From Ramazzottius varieornatus (Eukaryota; Animalia; Tardigrada), in the NCBI GenBank assembly GCA_001949185.1, contig BDGG01000001.1, forward strand, positions 4,329,624-4,393,623: a DNA stretch of 64,000 nt. Direction: 5' to 3'. The notes under the pieces were generated by a model. It was given only the letters and a program-made list of their open reading frames with translations. It was not told the DNA's origin and did no database searches. Positions 50,501-63,126 of the stretch are shown piece after piece (positions within the stretch are counted from its first letter, which is position 1; each line of letters starts with the position of its first letter). The position numbers and the translations under genes were made by a program.

Positions 50501-53500
50501 TCATCGGCTGAATCACAGAGCCAGGATGAAGGTCCTCGAGCTCGTGGAGATTTCACAGCACAAAAACGTTGTGATGTTCTATGGACTTACAGAGCTTCCG
50601 GCTGGGCGCTGCTTGGTCTGCAACTTTTGTAAGTCCAGTTTCCTCGTTGCAATTTTTTTTTCGCCGCCGTACATTTCGGTATTATTGAACTTGTGCTCAC
50701 TTTTGTCCTGTCTCTTATAGGTCCGTTTGGGGACCTGCGTACTTTGATCATCTCCAAAAAGCACGTCTTTAGTATGAATACAAAGTTTTCGCTGACTGGC
50801 GACATCTGCGAAGGGATGGAGTATCTGCACGACTGTGATATCGTTCACGGTAACCTTCGAAGTTGCGCAGTGTACATTGAAGCAAACTGGACCGCCAAAA
50901 TTTCCGACTAGTACGTTCGATTCGAAGACATTAGTTCTGTCTTTTCTCGGTGGATTTACCCACGCAAAACTTTGCTGTTTCTTTCAGCGAGTACGATGCG
51001 GTCCACCAGGTTCAAGGATCTTTTCACCCAACAGTGGCGCAACTGAAGCAGAAGCTCTCTTTGTACCAGCAAACCTCTTTGTACCCCTGGTTATACTGGA
51101 CAGCTCCGGAAATCCTGCGCCAAGGCATAACCGGTCGAGAGATTCCACCAGAAAAATCAGCCGATACATACAGGTAGAAATTATCTACGTTTGTCGTCTC
51201 ATCTCGACTACGTTGTATAATCGAGGTTCAGTTTTGGCATAGTGTGTTCGGAAGTCTTCGCTATGGAGCCAGCCTACCAAAAGTACCAAGAACTACCTTA
51301 CAAGCTGAACCCTGCTCAGATCCTCAACGGTATTCTGTCGGCGGATATGCGACCGCGCGAAGACTGGAAGAACACATCCACACCGCGATGCGTTCTGAGA
51401 GTAATGGAGCACTGCTGGCAGGAACACGCGTCGCATCGGCCTTCGTTTCATAGGCTGAAGAGGCTTTTCAGAGCGGTTCAGTCCATGCGAAGACATGTGG
51501 CTGATAAGGTAAACTGACCGACAAACATCTAAACCGGGACGTGGTCAAATGATTCGAACCCGATTGTTCTCCTCAAGTGATGCACACTCCCAGCTTTGAA
51601 GATGTGCGTACTTGATATAACGATCTGCCTCCATCCATTCGCTCACGTCCCAAATGCAGTAGCGGAAATTTATTGTCAGTGTTCAGTCATCTTTCCATTC
51701 AGATTATGATTGCCGCCGAGAAGACGTCCGAAACGGTGAAGAATCGCTGTGAGGCCGCGACACAGCGACTGAACCGCTTCGACAACGAGTTTCACAAGTA
51801 CTCCAAAATTCTCGTTCCACCGGCTTACTGGCGTTCCATCTACAAACAAAAGCTGTACATGTCCATCACAAGGCACAAATTAGGGATAGTCTTCATCTGT
51901 AACCTGGTGGATTACAGCAGTTTAATCAACGCGGACCGGACGGCAAAGGCCATCGAAAGCGTGAACTTGCTCCATCGGGGTTTCCAAAACCTGATCGAGA
52001 AGGGTGGAAGGGTCTACAGGGTCTACCGGAACGGCACTTGTTTTGTGGCGCTGGGAAATGTTCCGTATGGAATCAAGGAAGATCCGATTGACTCCATCGC
52101 ACAGCTGGCGTTTGACTTCATGACCTGGGCGTGGAAGGTGAAGGTCCCGGCAAATATTATGGACGGTTTTCACTTACAGATTGGAATCCATAGTGGACCG
52201 GTAAGTGCCAACGGTACTTGCTGTGAACAATCTGTAGGAAACTTGTGCGCCTGCCTTCAGCAAGCGCTATTGTACGAATGTCGATCATGAAACGAGTTAA
52301 TAATCACGTCAGTTCAGGTCAGAAAATTAATGTTAATGTATTGGGAGATGCTGATTTTTCGGTTTGTTTTGATATTTTTTATGTACACGCATTACACATG
52401 GATGGTAATTTTTCTAAGCAGTACATCGTTATTTTTAGCCATAATTATTATTGCTTCGTTGTGCGAACTCTACCGGTACATGGTTCCATAGATGGCAGCA
52501 GGTACACTGAAGCACAGTACGAACCAGTTCATCGCACTGGGCATGGTGCAAAAAGAAGCCTGGAACATCGCTCGGTCCTCCGCGCCCTGTCGCATCCTGA
52601 TCAGCGAAGAATTTCACCAAAACCTCCGACAGCTGGCCCAGATCTTCATTAAGTACCGCATCGTACCTAACACCGAACCCGTCTTTGGCTACACCGGCAA
52701 GACATATTGGCTGGTCGGTATGAACTACTACCGCGCACAAAGTCTCCTGGATGATATATTCGCACTGGACCCCGAGAACCTCGAAGCGCTGGCCAAATGG
52801 CATGAGAAGAAGCAATCAAGAAAGAAAGAGAAGAAGGGCATCTTGGCCAACGAACTGATCAAGACGGTGTCTGCTCTACCGTTCGACTACCAAGCCCTCA
52901 CAGCTGGTGGTAATACGCAGTACTTAGTGGACGTACCGGACGCTGGCGATGATGAGCAGGCTGGTGAGAAACAGAAGCCGGTGACGCAAAGAGGTGGACG
53001 GCGATCTGTTGTGGCGGGAAACCCTAGGTCGATCAGTTATCAAGCAGCGAAGGCGGGACTTGACCAGAACGAACCCGAAGAGGAAACGGTAATTTTACGA
53101 GCAGTCGAGACATTGTTTCGTTTTATGCTTTTGTGTATATAGGTGTTATTTGCTTCCGAATGGGACGTCTGCGCGTGGTTAGGGGTAACAATCAGATCGT
53201 TTTCCCAAGTAGCGAACCCGCTCAGTCAATAACGATGCGGACGTGCGCAACTTGAGATAAATATCTGAATGGAACCATTCGCCGGCATGCAAAATACGTG
53301 TGTACAGCTGAACATATTTGGCACAATAATGATATTATTTTTCATTCTTCGTAGGTGGTTGATACAAGAGAGCCGCCTTTTATGGAAGCCACAGTTCTAA
53401 TAACACGTGGAAGACAACAAGGTGTTAGAGCCAAAGTCAGCTTGAAAGAACTTCAGTCTGGCGACCTGATCGAAAACACCTCGGTGAAGTCGTTGCTGAG

Positions 53501-54418
53501 TACTCCGCAAGCTCAAGCGTCTTTGAAAAAGCTGAGAATGCAGAAACGGAAGGAACAACAAGAACTGGCTGATCGACAGGATGAACAACGCTCCAGGATG
53601 GAACTGGCAAAATCTGCGCGCTCAGATGTGGAAACGGAAAATACGCTGAAGTCGCTGACGAACGAGGAAATTGAGCGGGATAGCCTACCTGCCATTCCAG
53701 TACGACGTATCCCATCAGCCAAAGCTAGTCGCTCTGAAGCAACGTTGGGAGCCAACCAGGATGGACTGTCGCGAAATCAAGCTTCAGACGTTTCTGGTAT
53801 GTCATAATTGGTCCACTTCTACCCGCCAACTCATCTTGTTGTCAAATCTAGAGTCCGTGTGGCTAAACAATTATCCAAAGCCATTCTGGCAGGAGGCTCG
53901 CCTGCTAAAATGGCTTTGGATTACCACTGCTGCTGCTTTCTGGAAACTCGTCGCCTCTTTAATTACTAGCTAATGTAATGGTTTGTAAGTTACAGTTCGC
54001 CGAAGAAGGACGTCTGATCTTCAACGAAGTCTGGCTGAACGAGCGTCGGCATCTTCGATAGAGCTTTCGAAGCCACTGGACGTAAAAAGATTGGACCGTA
54101 TTGCAAACGAAGAAAGACAGCCCTTGCAAGCGGTCAGCATTGCAAACAAACCTGGTGAGTTCAGAGCGATAAGACGATATGCGATATGACAAGAACATGG
54201 ACAACCAAGCAGTATTTGCACGTTTCTCTACAGGTTACTCTGTCATACAGTCACGAAATGCGGTGAACCAGAACAGGCAACAAACCGAAGATGATCTCGA
54301 TCAGGTCACCACGCCGTTGCTGGATACCGAGACGGAGGAGAACGGCACAGAGGAAGAAGACGACAGCTTGGTCAAGCTTAAAGGGAAAAGTAAATCAAGG
54401 AAGAAGAAAAAGAAGTGA
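47513..54418 (+). CDS. Receptor guanylyl cyclase-like protein with PstS-like ectodomain, TM, pseudokinase, degenerate cyclase and long charged tail
   Basis: Signal peptide; exons 47513-48077, 48313-48752, 49016-49584 carry PstS motifs. TM ~49420-49495. Kinase-homology EYLHDCDIVHGNLRS...AKISD...WTAPE. Cyclase-fold LQIGIHSGPV...ILISEE. Stop at 54418. Confidence 0.85.
49680..50262. mobile_element. MITE (~580 bp) with AAT target duplication, PIF/Harbinger-like, in intron 3 of the receptor gene
   Basis: aat|agacctgtttcgtaagtcacgtttcggct ... agccgaaaacatgacttgcgaaacaggtcc|aat. Confidence 0.7.
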
Positions 54419-54844
54419 TAGGTCGAGCGAACGAAGTATCATCATCGAGATGAATGAACTGTCTTAAAATAAAAGTGTTTCAATTTTTTACGAACTGCCT
54501 AGTTTTTCGTAGCGCCATTTTCCTACAAAGCCTTATGTGTTCTTGATTGCATTGTAGAGCGATGACCCGCTCGTTTGTTGTCTCAGGTCGAGATCATGTT
54601 TCGACAGCTTTATAGTTTTGATATTTCTCTGTCTTAGCTTTTGGCTTATGATTCTGCAGGTGTCTTGGTCCATATAAATATAAAACTCTGAGGAAGAACT
54701 GAGTCAGAAAATTACTCGCGCTCGCACGGCGCAAAATCACATCGGACTCACAACCGTAAAACGCATGGAGAAAGCGATATGCATGCGAATCAGAACATCC
54801 GACCATCACATGATTCCGATTTCAAAAGGACAGCTTTTGGCTGG

Positions 54845-57800
54845 TTAGGTTGACGACTTTTCTGATGGGTTCATGGAAACTTCCATGCGGTTCGTACGAC
54901 GGGAGATTTTCACTGAGCCAGGTGGCGTAACGTCAGACAAGAACTCTAATGGACCTTGCGAGTCTGCTTTGAAGTGGACCAGCACTACGTGGCTACCGAA
55001 GTGGACAGGGAACCTGAAAACACCAGACGGTCTGTTTGACTTCAGAGCGATACCCGGAAAGTTTGAACTTACTCGGCTGCGATGACCACTTCCGGTGGCT
55101 TCCCCGTTGTATTCTGCACGACCAGACACAGCTTTGTCACCATTTCGATAACGTGAGCGCTTTGGAACATGAAGTCTCCCTTTCTTTTGAAGAGCTCTCC
55201 CTAAATTTCAGAAGCGCATTAAGGGCGGAAACTTGAACCGGAAGTTACGTGGTTGGACTTATGACGGACTTACAGGTTTCAGATGAACGACGACGATATC
55301 ATCCTGGTACGGACTGACGGATATACGAGCGATATCGTTGGCTTGTATTCGGTACTTGATGATCATGGTTCGTTGGTCAATAACGAGAAACGCTTTTGTG
55401 GATACCACAGCAAGAACATAACTTGGCTGTAAACAAAACGAAACAGCGTTTAAGACTCAGGAACCTACCGTAGAAAACTGCAATACGTGACCTTGTGTTC
55501 TTGTCAAAAGCACGCTCTTCAAGTAACAGTTTGAACTTACTCGACCACTCGCTCGATTTATCTTCGGCATAATGTCCGCAAAGACGACGTACTGATCGTT
55601 GGTATCGCTGGAAAGTTTTTTCCACTTTACGTTCTGGCGCAAACGGACGTAGTCTCCTCGAAATGGGTGCGGCACCCTAGATAGAAGATGCTGACAGAGT
55701 ATACGTCTTGCATAATTTAACAAACAGAGCATGGCGATGGAAAACCTTACAACTACGCTTACGTTTTCGCATAGGTAATTTTCTTTCCCAGGAAGATCGA
55801 ACTGGCAGCTACCTTCTCCCGCATCCGGCTTATGGATATCTGGTCGAAGCGTTTCCGGAAGTGCCAACACTAAAGTTCCGAAATTCCTACTTATCCGCCA
55901 CCACACTTTACTTTTGAAAAATAGGCTAGAATATTAATCGAACACTTACCCGCCAACGATGATGGACCTGTTTTAGCAGCATGTTGGCTTGGAGGAGCCA
56001 GGAAGGACTAGCTGGCCATCGTTGGTCAATGGGCGACATCGACGGTAAGTGGCGCACCAGGTACGATAAGAATTTGTACCGCTGAAATTATGATATATTT
56101 ATGATCGAAATGATTTGGGAAGAACAGAGTGGAAAGAAGTATCTTACGATGTAGTTCTTAAAGAACTCGGTGATCTTTCGAGCGGCTTCGTCCTGATCCA
56201 GGGCCCTATCGACGCAGTTGCTCATGGTCATGGCTCTTCTGATGGGTGGAGTAGGTAGAGGTCTCTGAAGTGTGGGAATATTACTGTGGCTCTGTGACAT
56301 GACTGATACGCATCGTGGCTTGGGAGGCACTTGTGGACGGAATATCGGAGGTGAGGCTACGCTTCGAGTCACAGATGCAACTGTGACCGCTGAGACAGCG
56401 GCATCCCTCGGCTGAGAGACTGACGGAGAGTCCGTCACTGGCGGACTGGCGGTTGAAGTGGTCGGAGGCTGGTATATTACGTTATTGCAGTAGGGAGCAT
56501 ATGGAGCAGAATGTGAAGAATCCATGGAAGACGATATGGATGAATGTTGCTGGAATACCATGAAAAACTTTCGAGTTTGGATGCAGTTTGAATACTTCAA
56601 TATTTGGGGCTTGAACCTGATCATCTCCAAAGTGACGCACACTCACCGCCGGTAACAATCAAAACTTGCGCCACTTGGTATAACGAACTTGCTCAATTTC
56701 TTTGCCGACGACTCATTCGTGTTTCTTGAATTGCATTGTTCGAAATAAAATAGAATTCGCTTACGTCATTGTAAAGGGAACGTAGGAGCAACTTCGACAT
56801 CCGTTCAGGAGGTCGACCGCTCTCCTTGGAGCTCTGACTAGAGCTTTGAGCAGACTGTGATGTGCTGGCACTTTTTCGGGCTCGGAAGGCTCGGAAAGTC
56901 TTCTGTATAGTTGTGGCAATCTCGTCAAGCTTCATTCTGCGCAGGTCATCCAGGCGACACACCTGGAAGCGAAGAAGCGATCTAACTAATTTCGGAATCT
57001 CCAAGTTCGCTCAGGTGCGTACCGTCTCAGAAAACTTGATGAAAATTTTGGTCCTTCCAAAGGCATATTCGATAGGCTTGAGTTCGAGGGACATGAGCAA
57101 GAGTCGCACGCCTTCCTTGGCATCCGCATCCCAAGTGGGCCAAGTAAGATGGCTGAGCATCTTGTAATGCTTCAAGAAGTTCTCATAAGACTGTCGGAAG
57201 GCGAAACCAGCTCGCCGGACTTCGGCTTGGTCCAACAATCTACGATCAACAAGAACAACAACTGCCCATCTGTCCATCTTCCACTTCTGAAACCAGAAAG
57301 CTTACCCCATGTATTTGACTTGCTGTTTGATCTTCGCTTCGTCAAAGTACCCGGCTTGCTTCCTGTCGTTGGGCTTTATGCACTTGAACTGCACGGCGTT
57401 CTTAGTCGAGATGTTACTTATCAGCGACGTCAGCGCAACCTAACAAAAATACTTCCGGTCATACAGTAGGCCATCCTAACCGAATGCCCGACAGGAGAGC
57501 AACCTACCTTGAGATGATTAGCCAACGTCGCTGGGCGCTTAGTGTTTGTTCGTGCGGGATTACCTACAATATATGACGTGCGAACCATGGAAAGCTTCTT
57601 CATTGTGACACGTCGTGGTCGTACCATCAGGGAAGAGCTCTTTGACAAGGGCGTGCCGGCAGGAGAACATGAGCTCAGCCAATGCTCTGTTCACTCCGTC
57701 AATGTTCTTCTCGACGAACCCCGTTACGCTGTAAGTGACATCCCCAGCGAAATGCTTGATGGTGAAGCGATCCATTGGTACGTTGTTCGTTGATGTCTTC

Positions 57801-60800
57801 TTCGGCAAAGTGATGGCTTCAGTACCGAGGTTCGTTGAGCAGAGCTGCTCGATTAAACGCTCGTCGACTTTCTCCGGCAGTGGACTGCTGGAAGGATACT
57901 GACTCGCTTCGTCCAGCGCGAACAGTAAACCATGATTCTAAAACCGCAGGAACACGTCAACGCATGAACTAAATGACAGGCCGCCGAACAGCCTCGGGAT
58001 GAGCGTAATCTCAAGTGGCGCGGCTTTCTTTGTTACTGACTGGAAACGTGCGCTACTTTGGCTAACAATGAACTTAGAAGTAGACAGCGTACCTTTTCCA
58101 TGACGTCGCACACTTCCGGCGAACTCGCGTGGCCCACACGAGTCCACGATAAACCTTCGCGGATATATTCCTCTTGTTCGTAACTCATGATCATATTGTA
58201 CGTGACCACGTGAAGCTTCTCGGCGGTATAGTTTATCAGGAACTGCTCGAACCCATTTTGCTGGAAAAAAAAAGAGAACAACTGTGTGAAAAGTTCCGTT
58301 AACAGGAAACCCGGAAGTTATAAGAATACACGTGGTACTGTTGGTAGTCTACCTCGAAGCGTTCGAAACCATAGAGGTCCAAAACACCCAGAAAAGAGCG
58401 GCTATTTGAGCTGGAGTAGGAAAGGCAACGGTTTAGTCGGGAGACGATCCAAGTGAACAGGCGATTATACAGTGCTTTGCATAGCTGATCCCGCAGCCAG
58501 CTAGCCTATAGTAATGAAAATAGGTGAAACGAAGTGGAGCTGAGGACCGTTCGTGAATCGATATCAGAAAAGACGTACTTCAGCAGCACTTAAGGCATTT
58601 TCCGTAGGCTCATTCTTCTCCGGGATGATCCCATTGGTTAATACTACGTGGAAGCGCGTCGGGTCCGGGTACTCCAGCAGTTCACAGACCTCGTCTATTT
58701 CTGGAGTGGAAATGACATTAGGCAGCAAATCGATAACTAATTAGTAAAGAAAGTAAACCAACCATGATCATTGAGCACTGTACATGATTCCGTTCCGTCG
58801 ACATTGGTTTGTGGAAGAAACTGCAGATTCCCCAACTTTAACACAACTGCTAGGACTTGAAAGACCAAATGGCACTCGGTGGCGCTGAAATTCAGACCGT
58901 CCATCGCATCCTGAAAACGCGACCAAGTCTGTATCATTTCAAAATAGAAGCTCATTCCGAAACACCTCAGTGCATATTTTAGCATCGAATATTCCTATAA
59001 AATATTGGATTATGTCGACTCACTCTTGTCGTCATAAACTCTCGCTTTTCGTCAATTCCTTCGCACCGATACGCCCCACCACACCGTAGCAGCGTATACT
59101 TTTCCACATTCCGTTGCAGTTTGAGCGATTCTGTGAACGTAAGGAAGCATCGTAGAAGACAGATGGGAGGGATTGGGAGCGCGGCGAACAAACTTGACCA
59201 GATCGTTCTCCCCAAGTGACGCATGTCTTCAGTGGTATTGGGTAGACGCATGCGCCACTTTGGAAAACGTTTTGGTCAAGTTTATTTGCCGACCTCCCAA
59301 ATAAAGTAATGTTCTGGAAGAGTGAAAGTGTACGATACGTACTTAGAAGAATGGCATCCGCACCGGCTAGCAGTTGGTAGAATATGTGGAAATTGCGTTC
59401 ACTTGGTCCTTGGATAACTACGCGGGACCTATCCAGCTGATCTGTAACAACCAAGCCCATCTCATTGACATGAACTGTTTTCGATGCAGGGTAGAATTTC
59501 CAAGAAGCCAGTATTTACATGTGGTCAAGTTCGCTCCCACAACTTCTCCATGCGAATTCAAAGCGATATCAACGTATTTGCCCTAAGAGGCAAGATGATG
59601 TGAGAGTAGATTCAAGAGGGTATTTTGCAACACGGAAGTGAGCATTCGTACGAATCGGGACGCATTTTCATTGCTTGCTGTCTTGGCGTTGCCGAAAGCT
59701 CGCAGGACAAGATCCGAAAGGGTCAGTCGAGCACCAACTTGCTCGCCTTCTCGCGACAGAATCCTCATCGACGTTATCACATCAATAATGAGCTTTGCTA
59801 TTTCTGCAATAAGATATCATGTTTTACATCTATCGTGGAAATATTTGAAATATTCCGGGGTTGCACAGCAGGAAGTAGATACTGTGGAAGGCCACATACC
59901 GGTCTTTCCGGCTCCACTCTCGCCACTCAAGATCAACACTTGGTCGGTGCCGTGATCGATCAAGTCCCGATATGCAGCTGTCGCCGCTCCAAAGCTAACA
60001 TCAAACAGTATCGTATTATCATAATTTACAAGAGTTACTCCAGGTCTTTTCCGCGGAGAATGCATGAAACAAAAGAGACTTACATATGGGGCGGCAAGTC
60101 GGTCACTCTTTGGTTCTTGTACAACCTCAGCGTTTGTTCATCATACAGAGAAGGAAGTGGACGGAAAGGGTTGATAGACAGAAGAAGCGTACCCATGGCA
60201 GTCTGCATCAGAGAAGTCTGATTGGAAACGCAATGAAAGTTTTCAAAATTAATTTCTTGCGGTTTTAGTTTTGGGCGTGGCTGACCTTGTGTGTATTAAC
60301 AGCGCAGCTCAAGAATGAGCAGGGATTATGTGCTAGAGATTTTGTGTATTCTTATTTTGATTATTTTATTAGACGGTTCAGCTGATCTCCTTGACGGACA
60401 AGGAAAAAACAAGCTGCTTGGCCTTGATTTCTGTCATTCAGAAAGCGGCTAAATATAAGCGAAACATGCACTCATGGAGCTTCTCGTGATCAAATTTCCA
60501 AATTTAGCAAGGCGCGCGCGCTGCACCCATGCACGAGCTGATGATCATGAGTCTCCGCGCACCCAGTCTAGCCTGGCAGACGACTCTTTCTTGCTCCACT
60601 CTCTGGGCTCTTGAAAGATAAATTTACTTCTAATCCCACATGCTTGTTGGCGAGCCAATTGTACGTGCTAATCTGTGTTATCATTCTGTCGTTTGCCGTT
60701 GGAGTGCCAAGCTCTTCAACGTTGCTGACTATCTCTTCCATTCACAAAACTCTAAATGAGTCCTTTCTGCTTGCCAACATTGAGCCAAATATGTCTCCAT

Positions 60801-62588
60801 CTTCCACCATCTTCTGGCTCCGTTTGGCAATGCAAGCGGGATTCTGCCATGCATGCTAAGTTGGTTAAGCTAGTTAGACCGGCAACATCTCCTGCATAGC
60901 AGTTTACAACATAGCTGACATACACGTGGTGACATGGTGTGCCCCATCTCGTTTGAGGAGAGCTGCCAGTGACATGCAGCAAGATCCACGCGCTCAGCCT
61001 ACTCGAATTTGATCCCAAATCAATTGCTCACATGCCAAGCCATCTTCCTGTCATGCTCCCTCCTCCATGAACCGGAGATTACCATCCCCCATCCTCACCC
61101 GTATTCTCGGCGACCCCATTAGGAAAAACTTCGAAAAATGAGCTATATAAGGAAGGGAGGAATGCAAAAATATTCTTAAACCCTTCATTCACAGCACTTC
61201 ACCTTTGACAAGAATGAAATTAGCGTGATAGGTTACACTGCGGCTAATTTTCACAAAATGATCGCAGTATTTGGGTGACTTTTCTTTCTACAAGGATCTC
61301 CCTCTGGCAAACTGCGGGAAGGACAACTTGACTGGCCTTTTTTGGGCCATTTGCTGGACCACGTTTCAGCCATAAAGCTTCATTACGACAATTGTCCCAG
61401 GCGGCCACTCAATGATTAGTACTAGCAAGTGGAGAGGATGTTGGGCCAACAACTGCAAAGTATTGGCCACGAGCTGTCTCCACAAGCCACTTGCAACCAT
61501 CATAAATCATAGCGCATTATCGAGCCGGATACTTGGAGAGCCTGGGATTTGTCCATCACGCATGTACGGGATGGGCGAGGTGTACGTCGTCCTTGCTGGC
61601 TGTGGCATGCCAGAACAAATGTTTTGCTCGATCGATATAAAGCTGCTGCGAAGAGATGATTTTTATTCCTGATTTCTGTCCTGGTTCAGTATCAGCCCCA
61701 AGGAGACAGGCAGACCAGCCTAACAAGCTCGGGCCGAAGGAAGTTGTAAATAAAATTGTTTGTCAAGCTTTTGTGACCGCAATGGATATTATTGTAAGCA
61801 GCGCGCTTTCACTTAGATCACGTACTACGCCCAACAGAAAACCCTGATTGATTAAATTTGTATTCTATAACTGATGGAAAAACTCGTATCAGTACGACAA
61901 CCGTAGAAAAGCTGGTAATTCCGTTCGCATTCATGCCGAAAAGCTTGGAAAGCGTAGAAAAACTTTAACTATGTCTAAACACTGTGGAGGTGAGGGAGCG
62001 TCACTGTTCTTTCTCTTGGAAACTTCTTAATGGAAAATATTGTTCTGTGGTGTTTTCTGAACATTTGGACGCTGTTCGTGATTTTGAACCAGTCAAAACA
62101 GCGAACTCGTCTCTTCAATATTTTGTCCACCCGTATGTTTTCCGTTCAACAAGAATTTTTCGCGGGTTATCTGCAAATGCATGGTTTGTCTTCCTTCAGC
62201 AAAGACGACAAAAAACTCTGTGGCAATATGCATGGAGTTAAGGAGGTGCGGGCTTATCAGCATGCATGCAGCCAGACAAGATGCTTTAGCAGGGTCCCTG
62301 ATGAGATTGAAGTAGCATCCTATGCCCAGTGCGCGACTTCCCAAACTAAATGGATATTCCATGTGTGGCGTACCCACCACTCGCGACGCGCGGAGGTCGG
62401 GCCAGAATACTTACATAAATCTTATCAGCATGAAAACGGCGTCGCAGATTGTCGATAAAAGACTGCTCAGTCAGGGGTTCCAGGAAGAGGAGATCACTGA
62501 CTCCAACGTCTGCTTCTGGAGTTGAAGAGTGATGGGCCGCTGTCGTGGTCGAAGGTATGTGTAGGCCATCGGTCATGATCGTGCTCAT
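54845..62588 (-). CDS. Unconventional class I myosin (Myo1A/B or Myo95E-like): motor, IQ, TH1 tail
   Basis: VGVSDLLFLEPL...DKIY; P-loop GESGAGKT; FGNAKT; ERNFHIFYQLL; DLYGFE; FTIKHFAGDVTY; VRRAGFAFRQ; IQKTFRAFRARK; TH1 HPFRGDY...VVFAD...KINR. Confidence 0.92.
57979..58070. repeat. Copy of the dispersed palindromic element (myosin intron)
   Basis: cgggatgagcgtaatctcaagtggcgcgg...ctggaaacgtgcgctacttt. Confidence 0.7.
59183..59293. repeat. Copy of the dispersed palindromic element (myosin intron)
   Basis: ggcgaacaaacttgaccagatcgttctccccaagtgacgca...tgcgccactttggaaaacgttttggtcaagtttatttgcc. Confidence 0.75.
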
Positions 62589-63016
62589 GCATTAACATTA
62601 ATTACAATGGTACTGCGGCACAGCTCGAACCCGCCAATGCAGCAGGGCTCAGCCGTGGCAACTCCCGCCAGCCAAGCCTCCTGGCACCCAACACCACCAA
62701 ACTCTCGCTCTAATCTTCTTCTTGCCAGCCAGCCCAGCCTTTGTGGGCCTTCCCACCGCCTGATCACAAAAAGTGACTGCGGTGGCTCTTGTAAGCCAAG
62801 CGGCAAAATTGATCCCAATTTGCACTCTTTCTTGCTCTCGAATAAAGAGCAAACACAAATCCCAGTATTCCGTGAGCGAGACGCTTCTCTTCGCATACCA
62901 GAAACTTGACACGAGCAACTTCCAGCAAATGGGACCAGCCGCACCTGAAAAACGAAAGAAACAGGTTACGTTTCCCAAAAGTCATAATGAACACAACTAG
63001 GAACTGACTAGGATCT

Positions 63017-63126
63017 CGGTAAACAATTTCTGGATGCGCGTCATCGAAAGTGGCGCAATTTTCGGTGTTACTGGCTGGAAACGTGCGCTGCTTGAGAAAA
63101 CGATCATCCCGCGATCGTTTGTCGGC
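63017..63126. repeat. Copy of the dispersed palindromic element
   Basis: aaacaatttctggatgcgcgtcatcgaaagtggcgca...gtgcgctgcttgagaaaacgatcatcccgcgatcgttt. Confidence 0.75.
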
